A DNA stretch of 7,804 nucleotides from a virus (taxonomy: Duplodnaviria > Heunggongvirae > Uroviricota > Caudoviricetes): the IMG/VR virus record IMGVR_UViG_2778261567_000005; one strand, given 5' to 3'. The notes under the pieces are model-generated. The model saw only the letters and a program-made list of their open reading frames with translations, did no database searches and was not told where the DNA came from. Position numbers and translations under genes: made by a program. Shown in pieces: positions 7,492 to 7,804 of this stretch. Every line of letters begins with the position of its first letter. Positions within the stretch are counted from its first letter, which is position 1.

Positions 7492-7804
7492 CCCTCACTC
7501 CGCATCAGCGCGCCCTGTTGCAGTTGCTGCCTGACGGACTGGCCTGGGACAAGCGGCCGTCATCCGTACTGGCTGCGTTATGCCTTGGCCTCAGCCATTC
7601 CACCGAACGTGTTGCATGGACGGGAAAACAACTGCTGGCAGAACGTTTCCCTGACAGTTCCCGTCTGCTTCTGGAAGACTGGGAGCGTTATCTCGGCCTT
7701 CCCGAGTGTGATATGGCCGGCGCAACAATTCAGGAGCGTCAGCGTTATGCCGGGAATAAATACCGGATGAAACCCTCTCTTAACCGTGAATTTTATATCC
7801 GGTT
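7482..7804 (+). CDS. Tail/baseplate protein of the Mu gp48 / DUF2313 (YmfQ-like) type, N-terminal fragment (3' end lies outside the window)
   Basis: ATG at 7482 preceded by GGGGGA at 7470-7475; overlaps the upstream stop by 10 nt; frame is open to the end of the window (MAVTLTPHQRALLQLLPDGLAW...LLLEDWERYLGLPE...). This ORF is absent from the supplied track because it has no stop within the window. Confidence 0.7.
   Translation, partial: MAVTLTPHQRALLQLLPDGLAWDKRPSSVLAALCLGLSHSTERVAWTGKQLLAERFPDSSRLLLEDWERYLGLPECDMAGATIQERQRYAGNKYRMKPSLNREFYIR

Noticed and set aside
1-7804. Search for a defence system, toxin-antitoxin pair, moron, CRISPR array, tRNA or other novel cargo
   Set aside because: Every plus-strand gene is accounted for by the tail module, intergenic gaps are at most 14 nt, and I saw no repeat-spacer periodicity, tRNA-like structure or inverted-repeat termini. 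The window looks like ordinary structural sequence.

Overview
This 7.8 kb window is a single, tightly packed, co-directional (+ strand) block of contractile-tail structural genes with the gene order of a phage Mu-type tail/baseplate module. In order: the 3' end of a probable tail tube gene, a tail assembly chaperone with an overlapping shifted-frame extension, the tape measure protein, a DNA circularization (Mu N-like) protein, baseplate hub (Mu gp44-like), central spike (gp45-like), a small gp25/GPW-like baseplate protein (gp46-like), a Baseplate-J-like protein (gp47-like), and the 5' end of a gp48/DUF2313-like tail protein. All family assignments come from reading the translations, gene sizes and synteny; no database search was run. 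Gene junctions are overlapping or separated by at most 14 nt, so there is no room for accessory cargo. I found no RNA genes, CRISPR arrays, mobile-element ends or defence-like genes, and I do not see sequence support for a novel system in this window. The points most worth a second look are a likely -2 programmed frameshift site (a G5 run followed by a rare CGA codon) in the chaperone gene, a glycine-zipper-like hydrophobic segment in the tape measure C-terminus, and an HxH motif at the spike C-terminus.
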